Origin: a virus
DNA: 64,000 bases
Strand: one strand, 5' to 3'
Virus record (IMG/VR): IMGVR_UViG_3300050343_000122
Span: 1-64,000 of that record
The position numbers and the translations under genes were made by a program. The notes beneath the pieces were generated by a model that worked only from the letters and a program-made list of their open reading frames with translations, had not been told where the DNA came from and did no database searches. Position 1 is the stretch's first letter; the number at the start of each line of letters is the position of its first letter. Below are positions 11,301 to 20,631 of this stretch, one piece after another.

Positions 11301-14300
11301 TGTCTTCAGAAGCCATACTCATAGCACCTTCATCAAAAGTAACTCCAAAGGATCTCATGTACTCTTTGTGTTTCTTTACAATATCAGGCCATGAAGTACT
11401 GATGTTCTGCATAAGAGAAACAGTGTCTTGCAGTCTTACATCTCTTTCTTCGGACTGTGGTAAAGACTCTAGAGTTTTTACTATTTGTGCAGTTGATGCT
11501 AATACTTCTCCTTTTAATCTTGTATATAAAACATCTTCATTAAGTAATGCATTCTTAATATTGAATAAGCTCTGATTGTTTTTAATTAAATCTCTAAGTG
11601 TGAGATATGTCATGTGCTGGATAGTGTCATGCGTAGCAACATCACTTAACCCTGCCACTCTAAACACAGCATTGTTTCCTGGTATTGCAAAGTCAACAGT
11701 GTTGTTTGAAATGTCTAGATTAAAAGGACCAAGATCTTCGTAAGATTCACCAAAGAATTCAAAACCACCTCCATCAATCTTGTTAAACAACTCATCAGTA
11801 TAAGTTTGTGACTGTGGACTAATAAACCATTTTTCAATAAGATCCTTTAATTGTTTAAATAATCTAGAAAAGAAACCACCTTCTGGTTTTTTCTTGTCTT
11901 GTATATAATCTCTAAAGTCTTCTGCTAACTGTTCTCTCATTTGATCCAGTGTAGCATCTTTATGCTTAACTGTTCTGCCGGTTGGTCTATCTACAAAGCT
12001 TCCTCTACGAGATTTAAACTCGTTAAATAGTTTCTCTTTTTCTTGAGGAAATAAGAATTGTGCAAAGACAGCTTCAAATGCTTCATGATAGACTGTACCT
12101 ACTTCTGCATTTTCATATACATATATACTATTGTTTTCAAAGAATCCCCATGCTTTTTTTCCACCTTTAGTTTTTATTACATTCTTAACTCTGTTGAAAT
12201 TAACACCAGGTAAATTCTTAGACATCCATGCTCTTGCATCTTTCCAGTTTTCCTCACTCATTGCTTCTACAGAATCAGTAATAACCTCACGTAGAACTTC
12301 ATTGTTCATGTTATTCTGACCACGCTCTAATGCAGCTTTAACATCATCATCTAGTTGCTGATCTTTAGATTTTTGTAACTCTGCAAATTGTTCAGGAGAA
12401 ATCTGAACTGACATTTCTGCTTCTTCTTTCTTAAGTTTTGCAAGAGTAGGACTAATATAATTATATACTCTACCTTTTATTTCATTTTTATCTTTACCAC
12501 TCTTTTCAACTAACGCTACTACTTCTGCTAAGTCACCTCCTTCAATGAACTGTATCTTCTTTTTATAGTTTGATATTGTAGTATCAGCAGGTGCTCTAAA
12601 GATTAACTTTTTACCTTCTGGACTAGTATATGTATTAGCAGTTTGACCATCTAATACAATACGTTCTGCATCAGGAGTCACCTTAATTACTTTACTAGTT
12701 TGTTGTTCTGTGTCAGCTGGTGGTACTTCAGATATAAAGTCTCCAGCACTATCTTCATTTACAAAGTATACACCTTTTCTATTAACCTCTTCGCTATCTT
12801 TTATAACAGGTCTCATTGTAGTATGTAGAGGAAGTTCGAAGTCTTCTCTAACACCACCCCCTGGAATATTTTTAGATAGTAGGTAGGTTTGATAGTTTGG
12901 CCAAACGATAGACTCTACATTTCCTTCCTCACTAACTGATGTGATTTGTTCGAACTCTTGGTCTAGTTTCTGTGTATATGCATTATCTATATTGTTATAC
13001 ATCTGCCCTAGAGTATCAATAATAAGTTGTTTACTTTTATCTAAACTAGCAGGTCTTAAATCTATTTTTGTGTTAGGTCCTATTTGTAAAACTAACTTAC
13101 TAAAAGATAAACCTTTTACAGTTGTGCTTTCTTCTCTTTCAAAGAACACACTATTCTGACCTGTGTCTTTTCTTTTACCCTGAGCATCTTTTGGTATACC
13201 CCAATAGGTAACACCTTTTAAGAAGTTCAACATTCTTACAGACATGTCACTATTAGCACCTTGATCTGGATCAACTATTTGTTTAGATAATGTATACAAT
13301 GCATCAAATATAGCTTCAGCCTCAGATGTAGTATGTCTCCTATTTCTAAGTTTTACATAACCATTAGGTAAATCTAAATACACACTACCTAAAGGTTGAC
13401 TATATGCAACTGTTCCTTTAAATATGTTCTTGTTTGTAGTAGGAATAAGTATGACTTGATCTTTAGATAGATCCTCTTCTGCAATAAGGTCTGCTTCTAC
13501 AACAGATGTAGCACTAAACACATCATTGCCTTTAGAATCTTTCTCATACTGAGGAATACCAAACGATGCTTCAATATTAAAAGGTGCACCTATCATAGTC
13601 CTGTCTAGAATACCTTTTCTGAATACACCGAACTGTTTTTTAATTTCAGCTGTTTCTGCATTCTCCTCTCTAAACAAACTACCTTTACTGTTTGTGAGAT
13701 TTGCTTCAGGTATAACTTGGTATATAGCATTGTCTAGCTTACTTTGATTTTCACCAATAGCTTGACCGTTCACATCTACTAGATTACCTGCAGCATCTAT
13801 CATCACCATGATAATAATACTGTCACCAAACTTATCCATAAGTTCCTGATTACCATCATCAAGTATTCTTTCAACTACACCATCTAGTAATTGATCTTGT
13901 GTAGCACGTGTAATATACACACCACGAATTTGATTTCTGTTTTCAAACTTATTTAAGTTTACTCCAAACCTATTAGCTCTAATATGATGATCTTGTACTT
14001 CACCTGCAGGTTGTCCTATACTAGCTCTTGGTACTACGTCATTAGACTTTTTAGGAATAGGACTAAATGACTTTGGTTCAGATTCTATAACAGGACTATT
14101 AGTTTGTGTATTTAATAGTTGAGCTTGTAATTTAAGATCCTTAGATAGTTTATCTTGCTGTGCCTGTTCTTGTGCATACTCATCTATTATTCTTTGAAAC
14201 CTATCTGCTATTACTTTCTTAGCCTTGTATTCTCCCCTTAGACTTTCCAGCTGCTCTTCAAGTTCCTTAATACTTTCCATAGCATCAAACACGCCTCTTT

Positions 14301-17300
14301 CTCCTACACTGGTATCTAATTGTATATCGTTAGTTAGATTAAAGTTTGCCAACTCTTGTTTGAGCAAAGGCCAGACATTAACTAAGTCTTCCCCTTTAGC
14401 AGCTTTATCTAAAAGCTCTTTCATATAATCACCATAATCTTGGTCAAATACATACGTGGTTTCTAGAGCACTTCTAAGTAACTTGCTTGCTTCTTTTGCA
14501 GCTTTAATTATTGCTGTTACTAACTTTTGATTTTCAGCTATTTCTTTCTTTACAGCCTTTCCGTTTTGTTCTAGTAAATTAATTTGATCTTTTAGTTCCT
14601 GTAAAAACTCTCCAGTATTTCCTGGTAGATCTAATAAGTCTGTTTCAAATGCTTCGAAATAAGATATGTTAAACTCCTGCTCTTCTTGTTCTTTAGACAA
14701 CTGTTGAATACGAAGTGCTGTATCATCTTGCATTTCTGTCAACTTGTTCAGAGCTCTTGTAAAGTTTTTCTGTGCCTTAGAATACTTTAATTTGATTCTA
14801 GGACCACCTTCACGCATTTCATATATAGCACTTATATCTTTGTTGACATCAGCTAACTTCTTCTTATCTTTTTCTAACTGTTTGTTTATCTCCTCTAGCC
14901 TTCTTTTAGATTCAACACCTAAGTCATTCATTATCTTAAGCCTGTTCTCTCTGTTCTGTGCAAGAGTTTGTTCGTTCTTTGCTAACTCTTCTGCAGACAG
15001 GAATTGAATAGTTGCATCTTTTTGAGATTGAGTGACAGTTCCTACTGGTCTTATTCTAGCTTCATTATATCCTTCTTGAGGTGTAAAGAATTTATTTGCT
15101 AATTGTTTTTTGAGGACTGTACCATTAGCATCTTTATATACAAACAATAACTTACCATTATCATACTGTAATCTTCCTCTTCTTTTACCACCAAAGTTCT
15201 TTCCGAAGTTAAATTCAAATATATTGTTTCTGTGTCTGAAGTAGAAGTTTGCGGTTTTATTATTATTTACTGTTTCAAAAGGTGCCACCTTATAATCTAT
15301 AAGTACATCAGGAGATATAGTTTTAGTTTCACCAGCTGGTGTTTTTATTTCTATACTACCATCTTCTTTCTTTCCAATAACAGTGAAGTTAGGAATTACC
15401 ACTGGCTCATCTAGTGGTGTATCTTTTAAGAAGTTTACACCTTGTCCTACAAAATATTCCTGTCCTGCTTGTAGAGTCTTTTCTCCATTCTTTGTTTGAA
15501 CAACTATGCTTTCAGTTACATCATTAATGTCCTGTGTTATATCTGTCTCTGCCGGTCTTACATCAAATTCCTTAGGGTTGGTTTTTATATCCTCGTACTC
15601 TTGGAGAAGTTCTTCTCTCATTTTAGCTATAGTAGCTACATCATTTAACTTTTGTCCTAGTGTATCTTTTGTGTCCGAAATTACATCTAGATTATTTATT
15701 TCCTCAACTGCTGCGTTAAAGCTTTCAGCCTTATTGTTTAATACATCTTGAATGATTGTGTTAACATCGATATTAGGCAATGCAGTTTGAAGTTCTTGTG
15801 TAAGCTGAGGTATACGTGTGTCAAAGTCTGTAATCATACTAGCTGTATATAACATCTTATCCATTACAGCTGGTCCGTATACACGTCTTTGTTTTCCATC
15901 TGGACCCTCTTCTGTTATACCTCCGTATCTCAAGTTTAAAGACTGGTAAAGACTTAATGTACTTTCAGCTGTATTTTTAAACCTCTGCATGCGTGCAAGA
16001 AATGCATCTCTAGTATCACCCTCTTGTATCTTACCCTCAGCCTGAAGTTGAGCAAACCCTTGTTCTGTTTGTGCTAAGTTTATAACATCTGCAATCTCTT
16101 GTTGCACCATGTCGTATCTTCCATACTTTATTCTAGGAGTTAGATAATTAACTATATACTGTAACTCTAGATTCTTGTAAGCTAACTCATCTCCCATACG
16201 AGCTGCTGTTTCTATTTCTTGCCCTATAACCCCTGCTCTATTCACAGCATCTATAGTACCATTTGTAAAATCAGAGAAGGTATAAGGCTTACCAGTGATT
16301 GGGTTTAATCTATTAAGTGCTTGTAATGCTGCTTGTGTATTAGATTCTCTTGCACTGTTTCTTCGGTATCTTCCTCTACCAGTCATTATAGAACCAGACA
16401 GTCCACCGATTAGTGCATTCTTAGCTCCCTCATCACTAAACACACCTTTGGTCACTGCTGCACCAGCTGAGTCTAACCAAGAGGTTGCTTCATTATTATA
16501 CTTCTTATTATAATAATCTTGAGATCCTACACTAGCACCAAACTGTCCCACCTCTTCTGCAGCTTCTGTAGCTGAAAAAAGGTAAGGTCTAATTTTATTT
16601 ACTCTGGCTAATACAGGATGTATCTTACTTACTTTCTCAGTATACTTACCACCTTTGTATACTATTTCATCTGTTTCTCTTACTAAGCTGTTGATCGCAC
16701 CTTTGTCTCCTTTATATGTGAAGCGTCCTATACGTGGAAACATAACGTAGTTACTTGCACTTAAGATTCCTACATTTGTCCAGAATGAAGCATTCCCTGC
16801 ACCATCAGCAGCATCATTAATTACTTCTAGTGCTTCAGAGCCTGGTGTTACTCCATACTCATCTTCATATTCTTTTATTAATTTATCTCTAAATTCATTT
16901 GAATTATGTAAAGCTTCAATGCCTGCCTCACCGCTTGTTGCAAGACCTGCAACTACAGCTCGTTGTCCTGGGTTTAATATATTATATTGTGTTAGTAAAT
17001 TATCAGACAATGCCTTCACCTCACCATACACCCCAGCTCCTTTGCCTGCAGCACTTAATCCTTTTTCTGTGGCTGCAACTGTCTCAGCAGCTTTACCTAC
17101 ACTAACTAATTTAGCTGAAGGTATTACTGATGTCATAGCTTTTGTTGCAAGATTTATACCTCTACTAAACACACCACCGGACGCATATGCACCTGCTGCA
17201 AATCCTAAGTTTTTAACTACACCATCCCATAAAAAGTTTCCTGTTAGTAAATAGTCAGGACTGTACCACTTAGCATCTCTTTCTCTTTGTGTATAATAGT

Positions 17301-17859
17301 TTGGAAACTGATCTTCTGACCACTTGTTAACTGAGTCAAGTTTTCTATTAAATTCATTATCATAGAATGAAGCAAACCTACCATCAGAGATTGCTTTATA
17401 TGTTCCGTTTACTAGCCCCACGGTACTTTGTAGAAATGTATTAACTGCAAGTATGGATCCTTTGGTAACACCATTAACAGCTTTACTACCAAAACTTTGA
17501 TACTTTGCAGCAAGCTCTTCGTTGTCCACACCCATAGAAGTTGGTTGGAAATAATCATACCTTCCAGATCCTTCATACTCATCTTGAGTTGTTATCCTAC
17601 TTCCTGCACCTTTATTACCAGGCCTTGATGTTTCTTGAATAAGATTGTTAAGTCCACCTTTTCTAGGTGCCATCATTGGACTACTAGGAGTATATTGAGA
17701 ACGACCTTGAAGATTAGAAAACATATTAGGAGGAGGGGTATACCCACCAAACTGTGCATCAAATGACCCAAAGTCTAACTGAGGGGTAATAGGACTTGTA
17801 GCCATTGGTGGTATGTTAACTCCTTGTTGAGCTTTTTTAAGATCTTTTTTACTTGCCAT
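5329..17859 (-). CDS. Virion-packaged DNA-dependent RNA polymerase (crAss-like, double-psi beta-barrel), large fusion protein
   Basis: 4176 aa. Catalytic loop GSDFDIDKL (DFDID at 7996-8010) preceded by AFRIPTQ; ETDGGG and SGRKVG motifs; zincin-like HEAFE at 12073-12087. The N-terminal region has Gly/Ala-rich hydrophobic helices. Confidence 0.92.
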   Translation of the reverse strand: MASKKDLKKAQQGVNIPPMATSPITPQLDFGSFDAQFGGYTPPPNMFSNLQGRSQYTPSSPMMAPRKGGLNNLIQETSRPGNKGAGSRITTQDEYEGSGRYDYFQPTSMGVDNEELAAKYQSFGSKAVNGVTKGSILAVNTFLQSTVGLVNGTYKAISDGRFASFYDNEFNRKLDSVNKWSEDQFPNYYTQRERDAKWYSPDYLLTGNFLWDGVVKNLGFAAGAYASGGVFSRGINLATKAMTSVIPSAKLVSVGKAAETVAATEKGLSAAGKGAGVYGEVKALSDNLLTQYNILNPGQRAVVAGLATSGEAGIEALHNSNEFRDKLIKEYEDEYGVTPGSEALEVINDAADGAGNASFWTNVGILSASNYVMFPRIGRFTYKGDKGAINSLVRETDEIVYKGGKYTEKVSKIHPVLARVNKIRPYLFSATEAAEEVGQFGASVGSQDYYNKKYNNEATSWLDSAGAAVTKGVFSDEGAKNALIGGLSGSIMTGRGRYRRNSARESNTQAALQALNRLNPITGKPYTFSDFTNGTIDAVNRAGVIGQEIETAARMGDELAYKNLELQYIVNYLTPRIKYGRYDMVQQEIADVINLAQTEQGFAQLQAEGKIQEGDTRDAFLARMQRFKNTAESTLSLYQSLNLRYGGITEEGPDGKQRRVYGPAVMDKMLYTASMITDFDTRIPQLTQELQTALPNIDVNTIIQDVLNNKAESFNAAVEEINNLDVISDTKDTLGQKLNDVATIAKMREELLQEYEDIKTNPKEFDVRPAETDITQDINDVTESIVVQTKNGEKTLQAGQEYFVGQGVNFLKDTPLDEPVVIPNFTVIGKKEDGSIEIKTPAGETKTISPDVLIDYKVAPFETVNNNKTANFYFRHRNNIFEFNFGKNFGGKRRGRLQYDNGKLLFVYKDANGTVLKKQLANKFFTPQEGYNEARIRPVGTVTQSQKDATIQFLSAEELAKNEQTLAQNRENRLKIMNDLGVESKRRLEEINKQLEKDKKKLADVNKDISAIYEMREGGPRIKLKYSKAQKNFTRALNKLTEMQDDTALRIQQLSKEQEEQEFNISYFEAFETDLLDLPGNTGEFLQELKDQINLLEQNGKAVKKEIAENQKLVTAIIKAAKEASKLLRSALETTYVFDQDYGDYMKELLDKAAKGEDLVNVWPLLKQELANFNLTNDIQLDTSVGERGVFDAMESIKELEEQLESLRGEYKAKKVIADRFQRIIDEYAQEQAQQDKLSKDLKLQAQLLNTQTNSPVIESEPKSFSPIPKKSNDVVPRASIGQPAGEVQDHHIRANRFGVNLNKFENRNQIRGVYITRATQDQLLDGVVERILDDGNQELMDKFGDSIIIMVMIDAAGNLVDVNGQAIGENQSKLDNAIYQVIPEANLTNSKGSLFREENAETAEIKKQFGVFRKGILDRTMIGAPFNIEASFGIPQYEKDSKGNDVFSATSVVEADLIAEEDLSKDQVILIPTTNKNIFKGTVAYSQPLGSVYLDLPNGYVKLRNRRHTTSEAEAIFDALYTLSKQIVDPDQGANSDMSVRMLNFLKGVTYWGIPKDAQGKRKDTGQNSVFFEREESTTVKGLSFSKLVLQIGPNTKIDLRPASLDKSKQLIIDTLGQMYNNIDNAYTQKLDQEFEQITSVSEEGNVESIVWPNYQTYLLSKNIPGGGVREDFELPLHTTMRPVIKDSEEVNRKGVYFVNEDSAGDFISEVPPADTEQQTSKVIKVTPDAERIVLDGQTANTYTSPEGKKLIFRAPADTTISNYKKKIQFIEGGDLAEVVALVEKSGKDKNEIKGRVYNYISPTLAKLKKEEAEMSVQISPEQFAELQKSKDQQLDDDVKAALERGQNNMNNEVLREVITDSVEAMSEENWKDARAWMSKNLPGVNFNRVKNVIKTKGGKKAWGFFENNSIYVYENAEVGTVYHEAFEAVFAQFLFPQEKEKLFNEFKSRRGSFVDRPTGRTVKHKDATLDQMREQLAEDFRDYIQDKKKPEGGFFSRLFKQLKDLIEKWFISPQSQTYTDELFNKIDGGGFEFFGESYEDLGPFNLDISNNTVDFAIPGNNAVFRVAGLSDVATHDTIQHMTYLTLRDLIKNNQSLFNIKNALLNEDVLYTRLKGEVLASTAQIVKTLESLPQSEERDVRLQDTVSLMQNISTSWPDIVKKHKEYMRSFGVTFDEGAMSMASEDMSNKGFNLDATQIDNFKKTNVALRLLMGTLPIVNVNDNGDIRFSPSTINGVKLLPTTQVYITLLEQLSSSTSMEDMIERLRSIAISDPNYNALYKRITKQNASEGTFDFRTLNETHELTLATALWKTFKLQDPSVKMVMVLENGETALTDANLSLASRQMQQQYLNSIVTKSKQGNGIFKETDGVFNPDTVKLGKYSLATLNNMFRFLDELGIPFNSKEYALLNQTQKKIFASSVNGIKKSIQDTKNLKIFSTKSLDLSKRLLNLAELKVDIANPEVSSTYINIEGQRAQTYIGPNAASEVHNFMTSVSNKEELGSTPYAYLLTDAFSQGSVILNSMYDREGNLRTDKLNLFKPGYAGGILNSQKGTSKKSGRLQFPDRLRQELNYNISGIYMNLVPGDSSLEHTLEMGNPITERDLLQNNVVFNTIMREYFISEVNLAREDRAIAKVGDRDATDLRFFKDILGEEIHKDIKVNILDSSLSAEEVYDLHADQIVDRTFSYVINSKDQYADYLMRFGVITQQENEKTGELIDKYTANGVQGMTNMTIQDMNRKLIVLQANYIIANIEMHKILYGDPYKYKDELKRTKSFLSPRQPLVSNSPNWNASANRLWNRDFDKFSPGFTQFTKDGLRTVTHGDVISVIDLPNYKEMVETDGGGIVRFKSYRQIRIRANDWNDAEEKQFRYDIAFYKRDKNQTLSIAEQDLLKEGNPRVQSAYKALKPIVSGARLNENFDYNNTNDVVLDKYALYPLSYRVMKEVNPGSNGLKLFDKMLREDIDYIIFESGRKVGAGPTHATYNDDGSFNDAVYDNIVNIPFNIMSIQSEVPSKEDGRVTLASQITKLLTLDLLDNGLPIDYTGTLDQWFSLSEEQKQKASLIYAEVANNTELLNEMTKEGLDQLFKKLGIKQTADGLQLTDMAPATKTLREEIFKRETNDNISSALDGFLVGDVILEATPAYNQVRNILYSIVQKNIIRPKISGGQKVQIPSSLFESNRVAKTTINGKTGYTSDVLKFYEDADGKRVMEVMVGRWFSNMGMTDAELLDYLNNTEEGQELLTGVAFRIPTQKQNSIDAIRIKQFLPKEFGDNVVVPAAIVEKVGSDFDIDKLFMYLKNAVVVNGKLQEVPFYGYGDQAKKRFEELYDSGALLNKAQQKELAQRIKDFESGELEGELIEAIFGETFDNQDVIDDYMFELQEKGIRQTVVDRMYSRSLENQYIKSTENIITLPENFERLIVPNDASQLKALSEEIVDKTRTGAFDYSNIGNLLDKRFMSRLRNAFVQGKRGIGIAAVNQTNLALNQHSLLYVKPEQIKFRRKNTVNIPGVGEAVSLSGVKNAAGDFISDINGQVIDGMVDISAGPWIIELGMTPATASTWLYLIKAGVPVDTVSYFMNQPIVRDYLRRIEESGYTWLFIEDFANELKEDKYGSPSELTEKESELLPFRDYLRSQLGKTNMSNKEKAYQRFILDEFISYAEQARDLFTLTQGTNWDTTTFNDPYLVFKKQAQLSKAISLTERVDPVFYAMNNKGESVSAAMALIDNTFLKETVSSLLEAREAMSLMLTSDQSTTRDILQNVLLPYTNLPDSEFIKVSRRAVNSLYDYAVQTDQQLNMMLKTMLVDNDGTAGEVASFVTEVLGNPKHPLYGNQVIQLLETDPSKRSGDTPNNIKLRNNNRKVYEQNTIIYAFRELKQNIDPALYKKIIVTGILQSGLDNSQISFTSLMPYEDFQEIYNQTLSRLDKIDTLDDFYTLNMFERNNWESSTGIVPQERARWIQQQNGMYVYNPAMAYLPKGVKASVASGAIPQVMTLSTGSRAAQSDLVTFSWNNPNFDAKERKEMASKGDYSFINKGLFKKVRGNSISMLPTADPFIHSYTKKGESEPKLYFVYKHVNALGDGYRAKEYYTGPRPSVFDNGTVKADEKHDSSIVEAFNNKGKTRTAPTQSVAPNKLMFAKKGDMVQLGRTGSKEFNISEINVPMLLDLGYTEDQAGEIFKLICK

Positions 17860-17867
17860 AATATCTT

Positions 17868-20624
17868 TTATTGTCCTATTTTACCATCACCATTCAGATC
17901 TCTGCCAACAAACTTTTCATAATCTATATTTGTGTTGGGACTTTGTGCTGCTTTAGCTAACTGTTGGTACTGTCTTGAACTCATTTGAGCACCTGGTTCT
18001 ACAAGCAGCTCATATATAATCTCATCAGTGAGTTGACCTAATAAAGGTGCAATTTGTTCTTTTGGAACCATAGAAGGCCATAATATATTTTTAGATATTC
18101 TATCAGATACTGGATCATATATATTAAGTTGTAACCTGTACATTCCATTCTCTGTTTTTGGACTCATGTCACTCACAATATTTCCACTTGCTTTATAATA
18201 TTTAAGTGCTGGGAAGTCACCTGATTCAGAACTTAAGAATGCATTTTCCAAACTTGTTTTATATTTACTGTCTGTGGCTGTAGTAAAATAAGCATTTGGA
18301 TTTCTTCTGAATGATCTTTCTCCATTAGACAATGTAAATTCCTCTAGAGGTTGTCTAGTGTCTATCATTGCAGGTAATATTCTTTGATTGAAAGCTCTGA
18401 CAGCTGGGCTTGGTTCATATCTACCTTGAAAGAATCTTTCATATTGTTGTTGAGTTAAATCTATCTCACTAGGATTACCATCTCCATCCGTTACAATTAA
18501 TTGATACTTACCATCAGCTCCAGCAGTTACAACATTAGCAGATATTATACCTTTTTCAAGAGCAGTTCTAATATCTGAAGCTACACCACCGCCTCCAAAC
18601 ACTCCCTCATCAACATCTCCTTTATCCATGTCAATAGCTATTCCTCCTAGTAAACCATCAAACTCTGCTTTCTGTGCTGTGTTAGTTAGAGGAATAGGAT
18701 AGGCAACTGATTGAGGAATTATATTAGTCTTTCTTAATTCTTCTGCAATAAACTTTTCTCTCTGTTGTGTAAGATTACGTAATGTATTTTGAATAGGTTC
18801 GCTTTCACTAAAAGATATAATGTCATCATATACAGCACTACCAGAATCTTTAGTAACTCCATACAGTATATCTCTATCCATATACCCAGGAGCAAATAGT
18901 TGTTCGAATACAGCCTTCTCCTGTGCAGACAATTCACTCTCTGGACCCATAGCTTTCTTATAATCCCAGCTTTGAATTTCATCAGGGTACTCATCATCTG
19001 AATCTTCATATACATACTGTTGGAACTTATCACTATTAAACATACTAATTAATGATTTGTAGTCAGCAGTGTAAGTAGATGGTATGCCACCATCGTCATA
19101 ATTAATTGTTATTGACTTATTTGCAGCCTTCAGTTGAGGGGGTTCAGGGTATATTTTTAAAGCATCTTCATTAATAGATGTTACTAGATTACTTATTTGT
19201 TTATATTCTGCATCAAGTCTACTTAGAACAGATAGGTCCGATCTTAGATCATCTGGTAGAGATGCAGGATTACTACTATTTCTTGTTATTTCATCCTGTA
19301 ACTGTTTATCAGTGTATCCGTATTTAGTTTTTAATCTTTCACGCTCGGTTATTGTTAGTTGCAGTGCTTCTTCCATAGCAATTTTTCCAGCAGCTGCTAC
19401 TTGCGAATCACTAGCATCATCACCCTGATTAATAGGAACTCCTCCATATGCACCAACTTCAAGTGTAGCATTCTCTTGTTTTTTCAACCTAGCCATTTCT
19501 GCATTATGTCTTTCAGTCTGATAAAACTTAGCATTAAAGTTTGCTTGATCTTGTTGCATCTTAGCAACTTTAAGTTCTGTTTCTCTAAATGGATTACTGT
19601 GAATTGTTTCAGATACATTTTTATAAGAATAAGAATTAGTAAAATTCTTCATCCAATCAGTACTGTATAATTGTCCTTTTGCTGTTTCTACATCACTATT
19701 TAAAAAACTTGAAGACACACTTTCGTATTCTGATTTTAGAGATTCTGCCTGACGTTGAAGAGCATCTATTTGATCCTGAATAGCATTCTTTTCTGCAGCG
19801 GTCTTTGATGAGTCTTGCAAAGCCTCCATGTCTTTTATCTCCTTCTGAAGTCCTAGGAACGTGTTGTTGTATGACTGATTTACATCTTGAGAAAATACTT
19901 CATCATCTATACCATTGTATTTAAACTGTCCATCAATAGCCATTTGCTGATATGCATCTGGTGGAAGAGCAGCTTTTAAAGCAGTTTGAATTTTCTCTGG
20001 AGTAAGAGCTTCTATCTTTCTTCTAGTGACAGCATCATAATATACAACTTTACCTCTTGAGTCTGTAGTTGCATATATATCATTCTGTGTTGAATCAGCA
20101 GCTAAACCTTCTACAACATCCTGAGCCATTTTATTATAGTCTACATAAGGTCTGTATGTTGCATTGAATGTAGAGTTTAAATCTCCCTCCATCCAAGCTT
20201 GTACTTGTTTAGAAAAGAATAAATCATTTGATTGAGACCCTTTTCCTTTACCTGTAATTTCTTGTTGTTGTTCTAATTGTTTTCTATATTTAGCTGCAGA
20301 ACCAACAGCATTTAAAATAACTGGATCATTTACCAATTGTTTAGTCATACCATCAACTGAATTAACAAGTTGAAAGTTTGAGAAATCTGATGCAGCAATA
20401 CTATTGAGCTGTCCTCCTAAAGCATTAAGCTTAGATTGAAGATATTCTTTATCTTGTGGTCTAACTACATCAAGACCAGCAATGTTATCAATGCTGTCCT
20501 GAATCTTTTGTACTCCCTGGTTATATGCTTGTTGCTTGAACAAGCCAACCTTAAGCATTTCATCCTGAGGACGCTGCTCTACATATTCGTTGAAGGTGGG
20601 AATGTTATCTAGATATGATGCCAT
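17868..20624 (-). CDS. Putative injected cargo/core protein
   Basis: 918 aa with a coiled-coil-rich N-half; lies between the muzzle/cargo genes and the vRNAP, as in crAss-like phages. Confidence 0.65.
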   Translation of the reverse strand: MASYLDNIPTFNEYVEQRPQDEMLKVGLFKQQAYNQGVQKIQDSIDNIAGLDVVRPQDKEYLQSKLNALGGQLNSIAASDFSNFQLVNSVDGMTKQLVNDPVILNAVGSAAKYRKQLEQQQEITGKGKGSQSNDLFFSKQVQAWMEGDLNSTFNATYRPYVDYNKMAQDVVEGLAADSTQNDIYATTDSRGKVVYYDAVTRRKIEALTPEKIQTALKAALPPDAYQQMAIDGQFKYNGIDDEVFSQDVNQSYNNTFLGLQKEIKDMEALQDSSKTAAEKNAIQDQIDALQRQAESLKSEYESVSSSFLNSDVETAKGQLYSTDWMKNFTNSYSYKNVSETIHSNPFRETELKVAKMQQDQANFNAKFYQTERHNAEMARLKKQENATLEVGAYGGVPINQGDDASDSQVAAAGKIAMEEALQLTITERERLKTKYGYTDKQLQDEITRNSSNPASLPDDLRSDLSVLSRLDAEYKQISNLVTSINEDALKIYPEPPQLKAANKSITINYDDGGIPSTYTADYKSLISMFNSDKFQQYVYEDSDDEYPDEIQSWDYKKAMGPESELSAQEKAVFEQLFAPGYMDRDILYGVTKDSGSAVYDDIISFSESEPIQNTLRNLTQQREKFIAEELRKTNIIPQSVAYPIPLTNTAQKAEFDGLLGGIAIDMDKGDVDEGVFGGGGVASDIRTALEKGIISANVVTAGADGKYQLIVTDGDGNPSEIDLTQQQYERFFQGRYEPSPAVRAFNQRILPAMIDTRQPLEEFTLSNGERSFRRNPNAYFTTATDSKYKTSLENAFLSSESGDFPALKYYKASGNIVSDMSPKTENGMYRLQLNIYDPVSDRISKNILWPSMVPKEQIAPLLGQLTDEIIYELLVEPGAQMSSRQYQQLAKAAQSPNTNIDYEKFVGRDLNGDGKIGQ

Positions 20625-20631
20625 AATTTAA

